Assembly: GCA_947311435.1 (NCBI GenBank)
Contig: CAMZKT010000029.1
Location: 382 to 64,381 of the forward strand
Direction: 5' to 3'
DNA from: an uncultured Desulfocapsa sp.
GTDB lineage: Bacteria; Desulfobacterota; Desulfobulbia; Desulfobulbales; Desulfocapsaceae
DNA: 64,000 nt
Every line of letters begins with the position of its first letter. Positions within the stretch are counted from its first letter, which is position 1. Shown piece by piece: positions 38,836 to 49,418 of this stretch. Below the pieces are notes generated by a model. The model worked only from the letters and a program-made list of their open reading frames with translations. It did no database searches and had not been told where the DNA came from. The position numbers and the translations under genes are program-made.

Positions 38836-40248
38836 TCATTCGCAACACTTTATGGATAATGGTTTTTTAACTTTTACACCCATTTTAGGGAAATGTTCTA
38901 CTTTGGAAATCAAATTGCCACGCCCGCGACTCAGGCGTGCCAAGGCACTATCATAACTATTTTGCTGCCCACTTATCTGTTTACCCATCCGTGTCATGTC
39001 CTCTGTAAATGAGCAAAATTTATCATAAAGAGCTGCCGCTCGTTCTGCAATTTCCTCTGCATTCCTACTCTGCTTTTCATACCTCCAGATACTCTCCACT
39101 GTGCGGAGAGTTGTCAGCAGCGTTGTAGGACTGACAAGGATAATTTTTTGAGTTACAGCGTCTATGAACAGTTTATCATCTGTCTGGAATGCCGCCAAAA
39201 AAGCTGCCTCAATCGGCATAAACATGAGGACGAAGTCAAGGCTCCTTATTTCTTTGAGTGATGTGTAGTCTTTTCCATGCAAATTCTTGACATGCTCTCT
39301 GATTGCCCGAACATGGGAAGTTAGAAAAGTAGATCGTTGATCATCATCTTCAGAGTTCACATAACGTTCCCAAGCAACAAGCGACACTTTAGAATCAATT
39401 ATAATATCACGATGTTCTGGAAGATGAACTATAACGTCTGGACGTTGAAACCTATTTTTCCTGTCCCTGAAAACTGCCTGCGTTTCATACTCAACCCCCT
39501 TTCTCAACGCAGACTGTTCCAACACTCTTTCTAACACGAGTTCCCCCCATGCCCCCTGAATCTGTTTGTCACCCTTTAAGGCACGAGTCAGGTTAACAGC
39601 TTCTTCACTCATTTGCTGATTCAGATCTCTCAGCGAGGAAATTTCACGCTGTAACGCTGCCCTGTCCCGCGTTTCCTCATGATGCACAGCATCGACTTTT
39701 TTACGAAATGAGCTGAGCTGGTCGCGAAGAGGGCTGAGCAGAACAGAGAGCTTTTCCTGACTCTCTCGGGTAAAACTGGCACTTTTTTCTTCGAGAATTG
39801 AGGTGGCAAGCTCAGCGAATTGAAGTCGTAACTGCTCTCTCGCATCATCGAGCAGATCCATTTTTTCTGCGGCATGCAGTTGTTCCTGTTCCAGGCGGGT
39901 TTGAAGTCGCGCATTTTCGCTTTGCTGCAGGGAAAGCTGTTTGTGTAGGGTTGAAATTCTTTCAACCTGCAATTCACTCTCCCGGTTCACCCTATCAAAT
40001 TGCTGCCGCATGGTCTCGCACACCAGTAAGCCTGTGGCAATACGTTCCTCAAGCACCTGTTTTTCAAAATCACCAGTGGCAGTACATCTTGCAAGAGCAC
40101 TATTTTTTTGTTTGTGAAGAAAAAACCATGTGAGCAAGAAAGTCAGCACGGATCCGCAGAAAAAGCTCCAACCGGATATTGTAATAAACTGCATGGTTCG
40201 GGATTGCCCTCCAAACCAGGCAAAAAATTGTTCGATCGGAGAAATCAA
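38836..40248 (-). CDS. rmuC: DNA recombination protein RmuC
   Basis: N-terminal TM, coiled coil, QGAWGE..LE, RPDVIVHLP..IIIDSKVSL, LDFVLMFMPIE, SPTTLL. Confidence 0.93.
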   Translation of the reverse strand: MISPIEQFFAWFGGQSRTMQFITISGWSFFCGSVLTFLLTWFFLHKQKNSALARCTATGDFEKQVLEERIATGLLVCETMRQQFDRVNRESELQVERISTLHKQLSLQQSENARLQTRLEQEQLHAAEKMDLLDDAREQLRLQFAELATSILEEKSASFTRESQEKLSVLLSPLRDQLSSFRKKVDAVHHEETRDRAALQREISSLRDLNQQMSEEAVNLTRALKGDKQIQGAWGELVLERVLEQSALRKGVEYETQAVFRDRKNRFQRPDVIVHLPEHRDIIIDSKVSLVAWERYVNSEDDDQRSTFLTSHVRAIREHVKNLHGKDYTSLKEIRSLDFVLMFMPIEAAFLAAFQTDDKLFIDAVTQKIILVSPTTLLTTLRTVESIWRYEKQSRNAEEIAERAAALYDKFCSFTEDMTRMGKQISGQQNSYDSALARLSRGRGNLISKVEHFPKMGVKVKKPLSIKCCE

Positions 40249-40934
40249 AAGAGTTTTACCCTGAAAGTGGAGCCTTCATACTGTAAAATGACTCCTCCTG
40301 AAATAATTTCCTGCAAGACGAAGCTGTTTGAAATCAAATCACCTTCCCGCACAATACGATTGTTGATGATGATCAGACGTTTTGAGGCCAGTCGGGAATA
40401 GACATGCCCGGCAAAGCTGAGATCCGGAATCCGGGCTCTGACAGATACTGGCAGGTCTTCCAGAAGTGGTGGAAGAGGCGGCTGTTTTTCCAAAGCTTGT
40501 TGGGACAACAGAACAGTCTCCGGTACTTCAGCTTCTTTCCTGGGAACAATCGTAGAAACGATGCTTTCATTCATGGTCGCAAGCTCAAGAGCAGTCATCT
40601 CTTTTTCTCCTTGAACCTCGGACTCCACTTGAACGGATTTTGGCAAAACGCCGGAAGACTGCCCTTGAAAGTTTTCCCGCTCGGAGACCACTGGAGAATC
40701 TTCCACTGGAACATCCGAAACCTGTAATGGTTGTCTCTCGACAGAGAGCCACCATCCGAAAGACAATCCTGCAAGCAATACTCCGAAAACACCAACACCG
40801 GGAAAACGCCAATCGGCCTGCCTTCGCCCACCCATTCTCAAAGAGAGCTGCGAGTGGTCTGCCCTGAGATTGGGAATTTCCTCATTCCGTCGCTCCTTGT
40901 CAGATTTTTTCAGTGCTTCCAATATATAAGACAA
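40245..40934 (-). CDS. gspB: General secretion pathway protein GspB/ExeB
   Basis: MSYILEALKKSDKER N-terminus, TM, C-terminal FAGHVYS...IINNRIVREGD. Confidence 0.88.
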   Translation of the reverse strand: MSYILEALKKSDKERRNEEIPNLRADHSQLSLRMGGRRQADWRFPGVGVFGVLLAGLSFGWWLSVERQPLQVSDVPVEDSPVVSERENFQGQSSGVLPKSVQVESEVQGEKEMTALELATMNESIVSTIVPRKEAEVPETVLLSQQALEKQPPLPPLLEDLPVSVRARIPDLSFAGHVYSRLASKRLIIINNRIVREGDLISNSFVLQEIISGGVILQYEGSTFRVKLF

Positions 40935-41071
40935 TTAGGCTTCTCCCCCTTGAGTACTTCATGAGTTCTTTGTGGATTTGTGATAAAAACCACAAAAGAC
41001 TTACCCAGCCTGGCTAGCAATTCCACGATTATGCGTTATGAGAAAACTGAAAGGTATTACGGAAAGTAGCA

Positions 41072-42193
41072 CTAATCGCTTATCTCCAGCCGAGCTATCC
41101 GAATACGCACTCTTTTCTTTTTCTTTACCTGTTTCTGCGTCTCCGGTTCTACGACTGGAAGCTCGTTTGTCAACTCATGTGCTTTCTTAAAATTCCCACT
41201 CTGCATGTCAACCTGCTGTACACCAACTGCTTCTTCTACTGACACCGGATCAATCCTGCCTGCCACCCTACTCTGACTGGCTGAATAGTAGGACACTGTT
41301 CCCACTCCCATTAAAAACAGGAGTACGAGTAAGACAATTATCAGTGTTTGCTGCCCTTTTTGCTGTCCGGTTTTTTTTCTCTCAACACCACCCAGCACCT
41401 CACGTGCAGCTTTTTTCACAACCCCCTTGCTCACCAGATACTTTTCTTCCACATAGGTTCCTAGAAGCGAGCGGTCGCAGAGCACATTTATCAGGCGTGG
41501 AATTCCACAGCTATGCTCATACACACTTTCAAGAGCGCTTTTTGAAAAAATCAAATTGGCCTCACCAGCCACTCCCAGGCGGTGGTTAATATAGTTGGCT
41601 GTGTTTTCTTTATCAAGAGGAAGAAGATGGTACCGTGAGGTTATACGTTGATTGATTTGAGCAGCATCCTCCCGATTGAGGATTTCTCTCAATTCGGTCT
41701 GCCCGAGCAAAACAATCTTCAACAACTTCTTTTGATCTGTTTCCAGGTTGGTTAACAGACGCAACTGTTCAAGGAGATCCAGACTCAAGTTTTGTGCTTC
41801 ATCTATAAGAAGAGCAACATTCCGCCCTTTGGCGTGAGCAGCTAAAAGATACACGTTAAGTTTATCGATATACGTTTTTAAGCTCTTCTCATTTTCCTCT
41901 ATTGGTATTTTAAATTCATCGCAGACAGTCTCAAGAAGTTCAAGAGCGGAAAGACGAGGGTTAACGATAAGAGCAACATCTGTATTTTCTGGTAGCTGCG
42001 CGAGCAGACAACGACACACTGTTGTCTTCCCGGTGCCGACATCGCCCGTAAGGAGAATAAAACAACCGTCACCGCTGATTCCATACAGAAGGTGAGCCAG
42101 AGCTTCCCTATGCAATTCACTCATGTAGAGGTAACGGGGATCTGGAGCTATGGAAAATGGCTTTTCCTTAAGACCAAAATATTTTGTGTACAT
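41072..42193 (-). CDS. gspA: ExeA/GspA family AAA ATPase
   Basis: YFGLKEKPFSIAPDPRYLY, GDVGTGKT, IDEAQNL, LEQLRLLTNLET, GIPRLINVLCD; single TM. Confidence 0.92.
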   Translation of the reverse strand: MYTKYFGLKEKPFSIAPDPRYLYMSELHREALAHLLYGISGDGCFILLTGDVGTGKTTVCRCLLAQLPENTDVALIVNPRLSALELLETVCDEFKIPIEENEKSLKTYIDKLNVYLLAAHAKGRNVALLIDEAQNLSLDLLEQLRLLTNLETDQKKLLKIVLLGQTELREILNREDAAQINQRITSRYHLLPLDKENTANYINHRLGVAGEANLIFSKSALESVYEHSCGIPRLINVLCDRSLLGTYVEEKYLVSKGVVKKAAREVLGGVERKKTGQQKGQQTLIIVLLVLLFLMGVGTVSYYSASQSRVAGRIDPVSVEEAVGVQQVDMQSGNFKKAHELTNELPVVEPETQKQVKKKKRVRIRIARLEISD

Positions 42194-42577
42194 TATAGTG
42201 CACCGATACAAGGAACCTCACAAGAAACCACCACCTCTCGTTGCCTGTAAGATCCTATAGCTGATTTTTCAGTATATTACCGCCATAGATTCAAAATGAC
42301 CATTTTTTTTTCTTTTCTTCAACACTCACAATAAAGTAAAATTAAATCAAAACAAGAGGCATTCTCAACAAGTCATAGTTCAGGAAAACTGACCTGGTAA
42401 AACAATTCGCAATTCCAACTCTTCTCGTTTATACTAAGGCGCTCTAAGTGTATTAGTTTATGATGATTTGTGTCTGTTTTTTTCAATATACCTAAGCACT
42501 CACAGAATATGCGATTTACTTTTGCAATCCCTGAAATTATAATTAAATAAGAGTAACGTAGCAAGCAGGATGACCCC

Positions 42578-42639
42578 GCGTATTAGTCATAGCAAGCCAG
42601 CGTGGCCGCAGAAAGATGCGACGCCCTGTGAGCACTTAC
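42578..42639. repeat. Partial copy of palindromic intergenic repeat
   Basis: 42578-42618 matches 46190-46230 at 35/41 nt; ends in CCCTGTGAGCACTTAC like the copy at 35661. Confidence 0.6.
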
Positions 42640-42672
42640 CTTTAACCAAAAACGCTTCAACAAGAACCTCCA

Positions 42673-43893
42673 ATGCCAGTATTCGAGTACAAAGCTCTGA
42701 GCAAAAATGGTAAATCCTGCAAGGGACTTATCGATGCCGACAACGAAGGCAATGCACGCAATAAACTGCGGGCAACAGGAAAGTATCCCGTAAGCATTCG
42801 GGAGAGTCTTGATAAAAAAGAGGTAAACAAAAAACAATTTTTAGGAGGAGTCCTCTTTGACCGTGTTAAGGCGGAAGAGATACAAGTCTTCACCAGACAG
42901 CTTGCCACCCTCCTTGGTGCCGGGATTCCTCTTATTAATGCTCTTGCCTCACTCATTGAACAAAGCACCTCTCCTGCACTGAAACGTGTGCTGGCTCAAA
43001 TACGTGATTCCATCAACGAGGGAAGCACCTTAACAAACTCCCTGGCAAAACATCCACGGTTATTCTCAAATATTTATATCAATATGGTTCGCTCCGGTGA
43101 GGCATCTGGATCTCTTGATATTGTACTCGAAAGGCTGGCCGATTTCGGCGAGAAACAGCGAGCATTACAAGGAAAATTAAAGGCTGCTCTCGTTTATCCA
43201 ATTTTTATGGCTTTTATCGGAACTGGAATCCTTTTTTTTCTGATCGCCTATATCGTTCCCAACATCACACAGGTCTTTACAGATATGGAACGTGCCCTGC
43301 CCCTGCCCACAAGAGTTCTTATTATGGCAAGTGACACCCTGCGTGAATATTGGTGGCTGGTGGCAGGCTTCCTTTTTCTTATAATCATCTTTATTCGTTT
43401 GTTTCTAGCCAGCGAAACCGGCACACGATTCTGGGACAGGATGCAACTTACTCTTCCTGGGGTGGGGAAGCTCACCAGACAGATCGTCCTGGCTCGTTTT
43501 GCCTCCACCCTTGGTAGCCTTCTTAATAGTGGAGTTCCGCTTATTACTTCTCTACAGATAGTCAGCTCCATCGTCAATAACAGCCTGATTAAAGATGTTC
43601 TCGACAATGCGATGGAGCAGATTCAAAAGGGAAAAAGCATGAGCCACGCCCTTGAAACTTCAGTCTGGTTTCCACCTGTATTTATTCAAATGATAAGCGT
43701 TGGTGAGCAGAGTGGGCAACTTGAAGGTATGCTTGAAAAAATTGCAACGAGCTACGAAAGAGAAGTGGAGGCAGCAATCCTTGGCATGACATCACTGATC
43801 GAACCTGTTATGATTGCCGCCATGGGAGCTGCTGTTGGATTTGTGGTACTTTCGATCTTGCTTCCAATTTTTGAAATGAATCAAATGATATAA
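42673..43893 (+). CDS. gspF: T2SS inner membrane platform protein GspF
   Basis: FTRQLATLLGAGIPL, GEASGSL, LVYP, GEQSGQLE, LIEP. Confidence 0.95.
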   Translation: MPVFEYKALSKNGKSCKGLIDADNEGNARNKLRATGKYPVSIRESLDKKEVNKKQFLGGVLFDRVKAEEIQVFTRQLATLLGAGIPLINALASLIEQSTSPALKRVLAQIRDSINEGSTLTNSLAKHPRLFSNIYINMVRSGEASGSLDIVLERLADFGEKQRALQGKLKAALVYPIFMAFIGTGILFFLIAYIVPNITQVFTDMERALPLPTRVLIMASDTLREYWWLVAGFLFLIIIFIRLFLASETGTRFWDRMQLTLPGVGKLTRQIVLARFASTLGSLLNSGVPLITSLQIVSSIVNNSLIKDVLDNAMEQIQKGKSMSHALETSVWFPPVFIQMISVGEQSGQLEGMLEKIATSYEREVEAAILGMTSLIEPVMIAAMGAAVGFVVLSILLPIFEMNQMI

Positions 43894-43988
43894 CAAGCAA
43901 GTCGAACAAATATTCGAGTTGTGGCTCAACAGATACCAGACTCGGTAATTGTAACTATTGATTTCGACACTACTTCATAGAGGAATAC

Positions 43989-44429
43989 ATGAGACACTCT
44001 ACTCGGGAACAAGGCTTCACCTTAATTGAACTTCTTGTGGTGCTGGTAATCATAGGGATTCTCGCCGGATATGTGGGGCCAAAAATCATGGGCCGTCCGG
44101 AGGAAGCAAAACGAACCATGACCAAAGCCCAGATAAGCGGGCTGGAAACAGCACTCGAATCTTATAAGCTTGACAACGGTGTGTACCCCAGCACCGAGCA
44201 GGGGCTACAGGCTCTGGTTGAAGCCCCCTCCACTGGGAAACTTCCTCCCAAGTGGCGTGATGGTGGATACATGAAGAAAGGAAAAGTGCCCAAAGACCCG
44301 TGGAACAGAGAATACATCTACCTGAGCCCCGGCATCCACTCCGACTTCGACATCATCTCTTATGGGGCCGATGGCGAATCTGGTGGTGAGGGCACTGACG
44401 CTGACATCAACAACTGGGAAATCGAATAA
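43989..44429 (+). CDS. gspG: T2SS major pseudopilin GspG
   Basis: GFTLIELLVV, YKLDNGVYPSTEQGLQAL, PKDPW, SYGADG. Confidence 0.97.
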   Translation: MRHSTREQGFTLIELLVVLVIIGILAGYVGPKIMGRPEEAKRTMTKAQISGLETALESYKLDNGVYPSTEQGLQALVEAPSTGKLPPKWRDGGYMKKGKVPKDPWNREYIYLSPGIHSDFDIISYGADGESGGEGTDADINNWEIE

Positions 44430-44432
44430 TCA

Positions 44433-44963
44433 TTGCAGGATGAATTCTTCACCAAGGTTGCAGCAAACCGTGGATTTACTCTTCTAGAGCTGCTTATTGT
44501 CTGCCTACTGATCGCAATCAGCCTTGCCATGAGTATACCAGCTCTTCGCAACTCAATGGTGAGTGATGAGCTTGCTGCAGGATCAAGAAAAGTCATCGCC
44601 CTTATTACCAGCAGCCGCAACAGGGCGGTTGCAGACAATGAGGCACAGCTCGTTTTCTTCGATTCTGCGGAGAGGAAACTCTGGTACCGAACAGCAAGCA
44701 AAAATAATGCAATAGCTGAAGAAATAAAAACAAAACGTGGTTCGGTCACTCTCCCCTCAGGGATAAGGATAGACCTGATTAAACAGGCAAATAGCAGCCG
44801 AGAACAGGATCCGATGCAGGAAGGAATCTGGATATCTAAGCATGGCTATATGGACAAAACCATCATCCGTCTTTCAAACGCACAAAACAAGAGCATCAGT
44901 CTGCTCATCTCCCCCTTCCTCTTCACTATTAAAACCATTGACGGAACGGCTAACTTTGACTAG
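44433..44963 (+). CDS. gspH: T2SS minor pseudopilin GspH
   Basis: Prepilin motif GFTLLELL; lies directly after gspG. Confidence 0.8.
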   Translation: MQDEFFTKVAANRGFTLLELLIVCLLIAISLAMSIPALRNSMVSDELAAGSRKVIALITSSRNRAVADNEAQLVFFDSAERKLWYRTASKNNAIAEEIKTKRGSVTLPSGIRIDLIKQANSSREQDPMQEGIWISKHGYMDKTIIRLSNAQNKSISLLISPFLFTIKTIDGTANFD

Positions 44964-44978
44964 ACGAATTTGGTGGAT

Positions 44979-45386
44979 ATGATTTTTACCACAAGAAAAC
45001 CACCTGTGCAGCAAAGAGGATTCACCCTCCTCGAAGTGATGATAGCAATAGCCATTCTCGCAATCGCCCTGACCAGTCTCTTTGGCTCTCAATCGGCGAG
45101 TGTTGCTCTCGCCACAGAAACCCGATTTAACACCCATGCTCCTCTTCTGGCACGAATGAAGATGGCCGAAATCCTGTCCGGGGATGAAATAATTTCCTCT
45201 GAAGGGGATTTTGGAGAAGAATTTCCTGGATTTTCCTGGAAACTCCAGACGGAAGAAGCATCCTTTGGAAATTCAGACATCTTACAAAAACTTGAAGGTA
45301 AAATGCTTCACCTCAGCATGAGCATTACCTGGGGAGATGGCACCTACAGTTATCAGCTTGAAAGCTACAGGAACATCAAAGAATGA
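44979..45386 (+). CDS. gspI: T2SS minor pseudopilin GspI
   Basis: GFTLLEVMIAIAIL, EGDFGEEFPGFSW. Confidence 0.85.
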   Translation: MIFTTRKPPVQQRGFTLLEVMIAIAILAIALTSLFGSQSASVALATETRFNTHAPLLARMKMAEILSGDEIISSEGDFGEEFPGFSWKLQTEEASFGNSDILQKLEGKMLHLSMSITWGDGTYSYQLESYRNIKE

Positions 45387-46045
45387 GATCAGGAAAGCAA
45401 CACGGGTTTACTCTCATTGAAATTCTGATGGCTATTTTCATCTTTTCCATCGTGATCAGCCTTGCCTATTCTTCCTTTAACGCCAGCTTCAGCATCATAA
45501 ACAGTGCCAGCTCACAATCAACGACGTACTCCATGGCGAAAATTGCCATGGAACGAATACACGATGACCTCGAATCCTTTTATCCAACCAGGGATATGGT
45601 TTTCACAGGACACACCGACACAATTAACGAATACCGTGCTGACAACCTGGAGTTCACTTCAAGTGCTTCCCTGCGCCTTCATCCAAAACAGAAATTCACA
45701 GGATACACCACTATCAAATACCTGGTACAGGAAGATCCCGAGACAAAAACCCTCCAGCTCTTTCGCTCAGAACAACCCGCTTTTACAGAATTCGATGAAG
45801 AAGAGCAGACAAGCAGTCAGCTTCTTCTTTGCACAAATCTGCTTGAAGTGGCCTTTGATTACCAAAACAGTGATGAAGAGGAGGTAACAGAATGGGATCC
45901 CAAAAATGCGGCAGGCAAGCCCCCTAAACTCCCGGAACGTATTTCAATTAGCTTACGCTTCGCTGATGGCAGTTCCCATAGGGAAGAAAAGGATAACGGG
46001 ATTCTCTTCAAAACAGCTTTGATTCTTCCTGTGAATCATCGCTGA
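45383..46045 (+). CDS. gspJ: T2SS minor pseudopilin GspJ
   Basis: GFTLIEILMA, DDLES, EWD...LPERISI. Confidence 0.85.
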   Translation: MRSGKQHGFTLIEILMAIFIFSIVISLAYSSFNASFSIINSASSQSTTYSMAKIAMERIHDDLESFYPTRDMVFTGHTDTINEYRADNLEFTSSASLRLHPKQKFTGYTTIKYLVQEDPETKTLQLFRSEQPAFTEFDEEEQTSSQLLLCTNLLEVAFDYQNSDEEEVTEWDPKNAAGKPPKLPERISISLRFADGSSHREEKDNGILFKTALILPVNHR

Positions 46046-46181
46046 GTAATGACAAAACTATTTTTATTTCGCCAGATATCCAGTACATTGCTACTGGTAA
46101 CTGCTTACGGGGGAAGCGACTTACAATTGTAAACCACTGACTTTGTACCTGCTACAGAATGTCGCAGCTTTTCGCAGACAA

Positions 46182-46230
46182 GCTGGATTGCGTATCAGTC
46201 ATCGCAATCCAGCGTGATCGCAGAAAAATG
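46182..46230. repeat. Palindromic repeat remnant between gspJ and gspK
   Basis: Perfect 11-bp hairpin GCTGGATTGCG/CGCAATCCAGC; similar to 42578-42618. Confidence 0.6.
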
Positions 46231-46271
46231 TGGTGCCTTATCACCTTCAACATTTACCTTTTTCATTACCC

Positions 46272-47309
46272 ATGCGGCCACAAGCATTAAAAAACAACAG
46301 GGGAATGGCCCTGCTTATCGTTATCAGTCTGGTGAGTGTATTGTCAGCCATCACTCTACAGTTCAATCGGAAAATGCGAGAAGGATATATCTTTTCAGGT
46401 AACCTGGGCCACTTTACTCAACTGACCGAAATGGCACGATCAGGAATAGGTATTGCCGAACAACTGCTTTTAGCTGATCTCGATGACAACAGCTTTGATT
46501 CCCTGTATGATTCATGGGCACTACTTACCGATGAAGACCTATCAACTCTTTTTGATTCCGGTAATATAGAGCTTGAGGTTCAAGACGAAAGTGGTAAATT
46601 TCAAATTAATGCCGTTGCTATACAAAAAAGTACCAACCAGACGCAAGGGACTGACATTGAGACAGAAAGGAAAAAACAGGAAAATCACGCCAAGGCTGTC
46701 CGCAATGTTCTTTGGAGATTACTTCGTGCCGAGCCCTTTGTTATGGAAGACGGAGATGCCCGAGAAATCATTGATGCACTGATAGACTGGACGGACAGTG
46801 GGGATGGAGAAGAGGAGTATGGAGCAGAAGAAGGCTACTACCGCTCTTTAATTCCTCCCTATTCTTGCAAAAACGGCCCCATAGAGTCCCTGGAAGAGTT
46901 ACTCCTTGTTAAAGGAATTACACAGGAGCTTCTCTATGGCACTAAAGAGAAACCAGGCTTGGCACCTCTTCTCACTCCATGGGGTTCTGACGGAAAGATT
47001 AATATTAACACCGCCGATGTTCTCCTTCTCCAGGCACTGGAGTGGGACCTCACCAAGGAAACGGCAGAGGCGATGATTGATTTTCGGGAAGATGAAAACA
47101 ATCGAGACAAACTAAACAGCATTCAATGGTATAAGCAGGTTCCATCCTTTCCGGGTGATATTGAACTACCAGAAGACAGAGCGGTAACTATCAGCCACTT
47201 CTTCACGATTAAAGCCACTTCCACCATGGTTACCCAAAAAAAAACAGTACAGGCGACGATGGAACGCGCAAATGGAAAAATAAACCTTTTACGATGGGAC
47301 AGTAACTAA
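46272..47309 (+). CDS. gspK: T2SS minor pseudopilin GspK
   Basis: RGMALLIV, DESGKFQIN, LIDWTD, GAEEGYY, LEELLLVKG, KININTA. Confidence 0.93.
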   Translation: MRPQALKNNRGMALLIVISLVSVLSAITLQFNRKMREGYIFSGNLGHFTQLTEMARSGIGIAEQLLLADLDDNSFDSLYDSWALLTDEDLSTLFDSGNIELEVQDESGKFQINAVAIQKSTNQTQGTDIETERKKQENHAKAVRNVLWRLLRAEPFVMEDGDAREIIDALIDWTDSGDGEEEYGAEEGYYRSLIPPYSCKNGPIESLEELLLVKGITQELLYGTKEKPGLAPLLTPWGSDGKININTADVLLLQALEWDLTKETAEAMIDFREDENNRDKLNSIQWYKQVPSFPGDIELPEDRAVTISHFFTIKATSTMVTQKKTVQATMERANGKINLLRWDSN

Positions 47310-47313
47310 CCGG

Positions 47314-48828
47314 ATGGCACAACGACTCCTCTCCATAGTGATACAGAGCGACCTGCTGACGGCCGTGCTTCTAAGCAGTGGAAAGCCACAGGAGGTTCTT
47401 GATTCTGCAATAGTAGTCATTGGAGAAAAAGAACCAGAAGAGATTATTAAAGAATTAACGACTGTACTGCATTGTAGTGATTGTACCTGCCGTATTGCAT
47501 TTGGAGCATCCTTCTTTTTCTTTCGCAATCTTACCCTGCCATTTTCCGACCGGAAATCGATCAATCAAATTCTCCCTTTTGAGCTGGAAGAATCCATTGC
47601 CAGGTCCATCGATGATATGCTCTTTGACACCATTATCAATCCAGGGCAGGATCAGGAAGCAGAAATAATTGCCGCTATGATTGAACGAAGCCTGCTTACT
47701 CGCTGGCATGAGGCTTTTCTCGGTGAAGGCATTTTCCCTGAAAAAATTCTTCTTGCAGGCCTTCCCACAATCGCACAAATTCTGGAAAACGGGCAGCCTC
47801 CACCAGCATTTATTTTTATAAGCCTCAGGCTGGAAGATGCAACGCTGTTTCTAATATCAAACAAAAGACTACAACTTGTAAGACACCTGTCTTTTCAACC
47901 TTTAGGTTTTGAAGTGGCATCGGACACAGCTTTTTGTGTGAATGAAGAGAACGGAGAGCTCACCATCCATGGTATGGAACATAGTGCAGAAGCTTACCAG
48001 GAACTTGCAGTTACGGTACGACAAACTCTTGCACCATTTGGACTGGATATGGCACCAGCAAAGCTCCCCTTATATATTGAAGGGAGTGGCATTCAGGCCC
48101 CCTCGGCCACATCGTGGATAGAAGCAGCTTTCGGTGCCCCCTGCCTGGTCTGTGGTCGTGGAGGATTGCTGCCTCTTCCACCTGGTCTTCCCCAAAAAAC
48201 AACCGCACATGCGGCCTTTCTGGGTTCTTGCCTCAACCTTGCCACGGCAGAAGAAAACGCAAGCCTGGAGTTCAACTTTTGCAGAGAGGAATTTGCTCCC
48301 TTTGACACCATGGCTAAATATCGCAGAATGGGTCAAATTGCCTCAATTGCACTCATTGTTGCTCTTATCTCAACACTAGCGTATCTTATCTACGACACCA
48401 GTTCGCTGCGAAAACAACGGAATAGCCTGGTAGCAGAGATAAACGGTGTATTTTCGGAAACACTTCCAGGTACGAAGAAAATCGTGGCCCCACTGCAACA
48501 ATTACAAGTTGCCATTAACTCTGCAAAAATCTCCGCTGGAGAGGGAGAAGGAACGACGCTTCCCTATACCGCACTCCACATCCTTCGTGAAATTTCCACA
48601 CGTATTCCCACTTCTTTGGACGTCCAACTAACCAGGATGGTATACGAGGCAAAAGGCTTACGCCTCACCGGAATTACAGACACATTTCATACTGTAGACA
48701 GAATGAAGAAGAGTCTTGAGCAATCAACAGAAATCACATCTGTCACCATTAGCTCCGCCAACACGAACCCTAAGGATAATAAAGTACGGTTTGAGCTTAA
48801 GCTGGACTTGGGAATAACTGACTCATGA
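47314..48828 (+). CDS. gspL: T2SS GspL/PilM-PilN-like protein
   Basis: LTLPFSDRKSINQILPFELEE, FNFCREEF before a TM, PilN-like C-terminus. Confidence 0.82.
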   Translation: MAQRLLSIVIQSDLLTAVLLSSGKPQEVLDSAIVVIGEKEPEEIIKELTTVLHCSDCTCRIAFGASFFFFRNLTLPFSDRKSINQILPFELEESIARSIDDMLFDTIINPGQDQEAEIIAAMIERSLLTRWHEAFLGEGIFPEKILLAGLPTIAQILENGQPPPAFIFISLRLEDATLFLISNKRLQLVRHLSFQPLGFEVASDTAFCVNEENGELTIHGMEHSAEAYQELAVTVRQTLAPFGLDMAPAKLPLYIEGSGIQAPSATSWIEAAFGAPCLVCGRGGLLPLPPGLPQKTTAHAAFLGSCLNLATAEENASLEFNFCREEFAPFDTMAKYRRMGQIASIALIVALISTLAYLIYDTSSLRKQRNSLVAEINGVFSETLPGTKKIVAPLQQLQVAINSAKISAGEGEGTTLPYTALHILREISTRIPTSLDVQLTRMVYEAKGLRLTGITDTFHTVDRMKKSLEQSTEITSVTISSANTNPKDNKVRFELKLDLGITDS

Positions 48829-49418
48829 GACACTACTCCACATCAGTTGTTAAACACACTCGAGCTCTGCTTGAAAAAAGTGGGTGGCACCGCATATCCC
48901 AAAAGGAACAATGTATGCTTGGCGGTCTAACTGTTCTTGTTGTCGCCATCCTTCTCTTTCATTTTCTTTTTTCACCACTTCTGGAGTCGCGGCAAGTCCT
49001 GCAAAACTCCATTGCTAGAAAGAATACTGAACTGCAGCAAATACGAGGAATGCAGAAAGAGTACGAAACCCTCAAGCTCCAGTCAGGAAACATCAGAGAA
49101 CGTGTCAAAAAAAGACCCAAAAGCTTCACTCTTTTTTCATACATTGAGAAACAGGCAGCACTTTCCAAAGTAAAGAGTAATATTAAGTACCTGAAGCCCA
49201 GTGAAGTTGAAACGGAAGGCGACCTTGATGAATCACGAGTGGATATGAAACTGCAAAGGATCACAACGGCCAGCCTGGTGAGCTTTCTCAAAGGTTTGGA
49301 GTCAAAAAAAAATGTCGTATTCATTAATCGAATTTCCATCCAGGAACATGGAAAAGACAAGGGCTACTTGAATGTTGTCATTCAAGTAACAACCTACAGG
49401 ATTACGAGTAAAGTATGA
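48825..49418 (+). CDS. gspM: T2SS protein GspM
   Basis: N-terminal TM after ISQKE, coiled coil, LVSFLKGLE; operon position. Confidence 0.8.
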   Translation: MRHYSTSVVKHTRALLEKSGWHRISQKEQCMLGGLTVLVVAILLFHFLFSPLLESRQVLQNSIARKNTELQQIRGMQKEYETLKLQSGNIRERVKKRPKSFTLFSYIEKQAALSKVKSNIKYLKPSEVETEGDLDESRVDMKLQRITTASLVSFLKGLESKKNVVFINRISIQEHGKDKGYLNVVIQVTTYRITSKV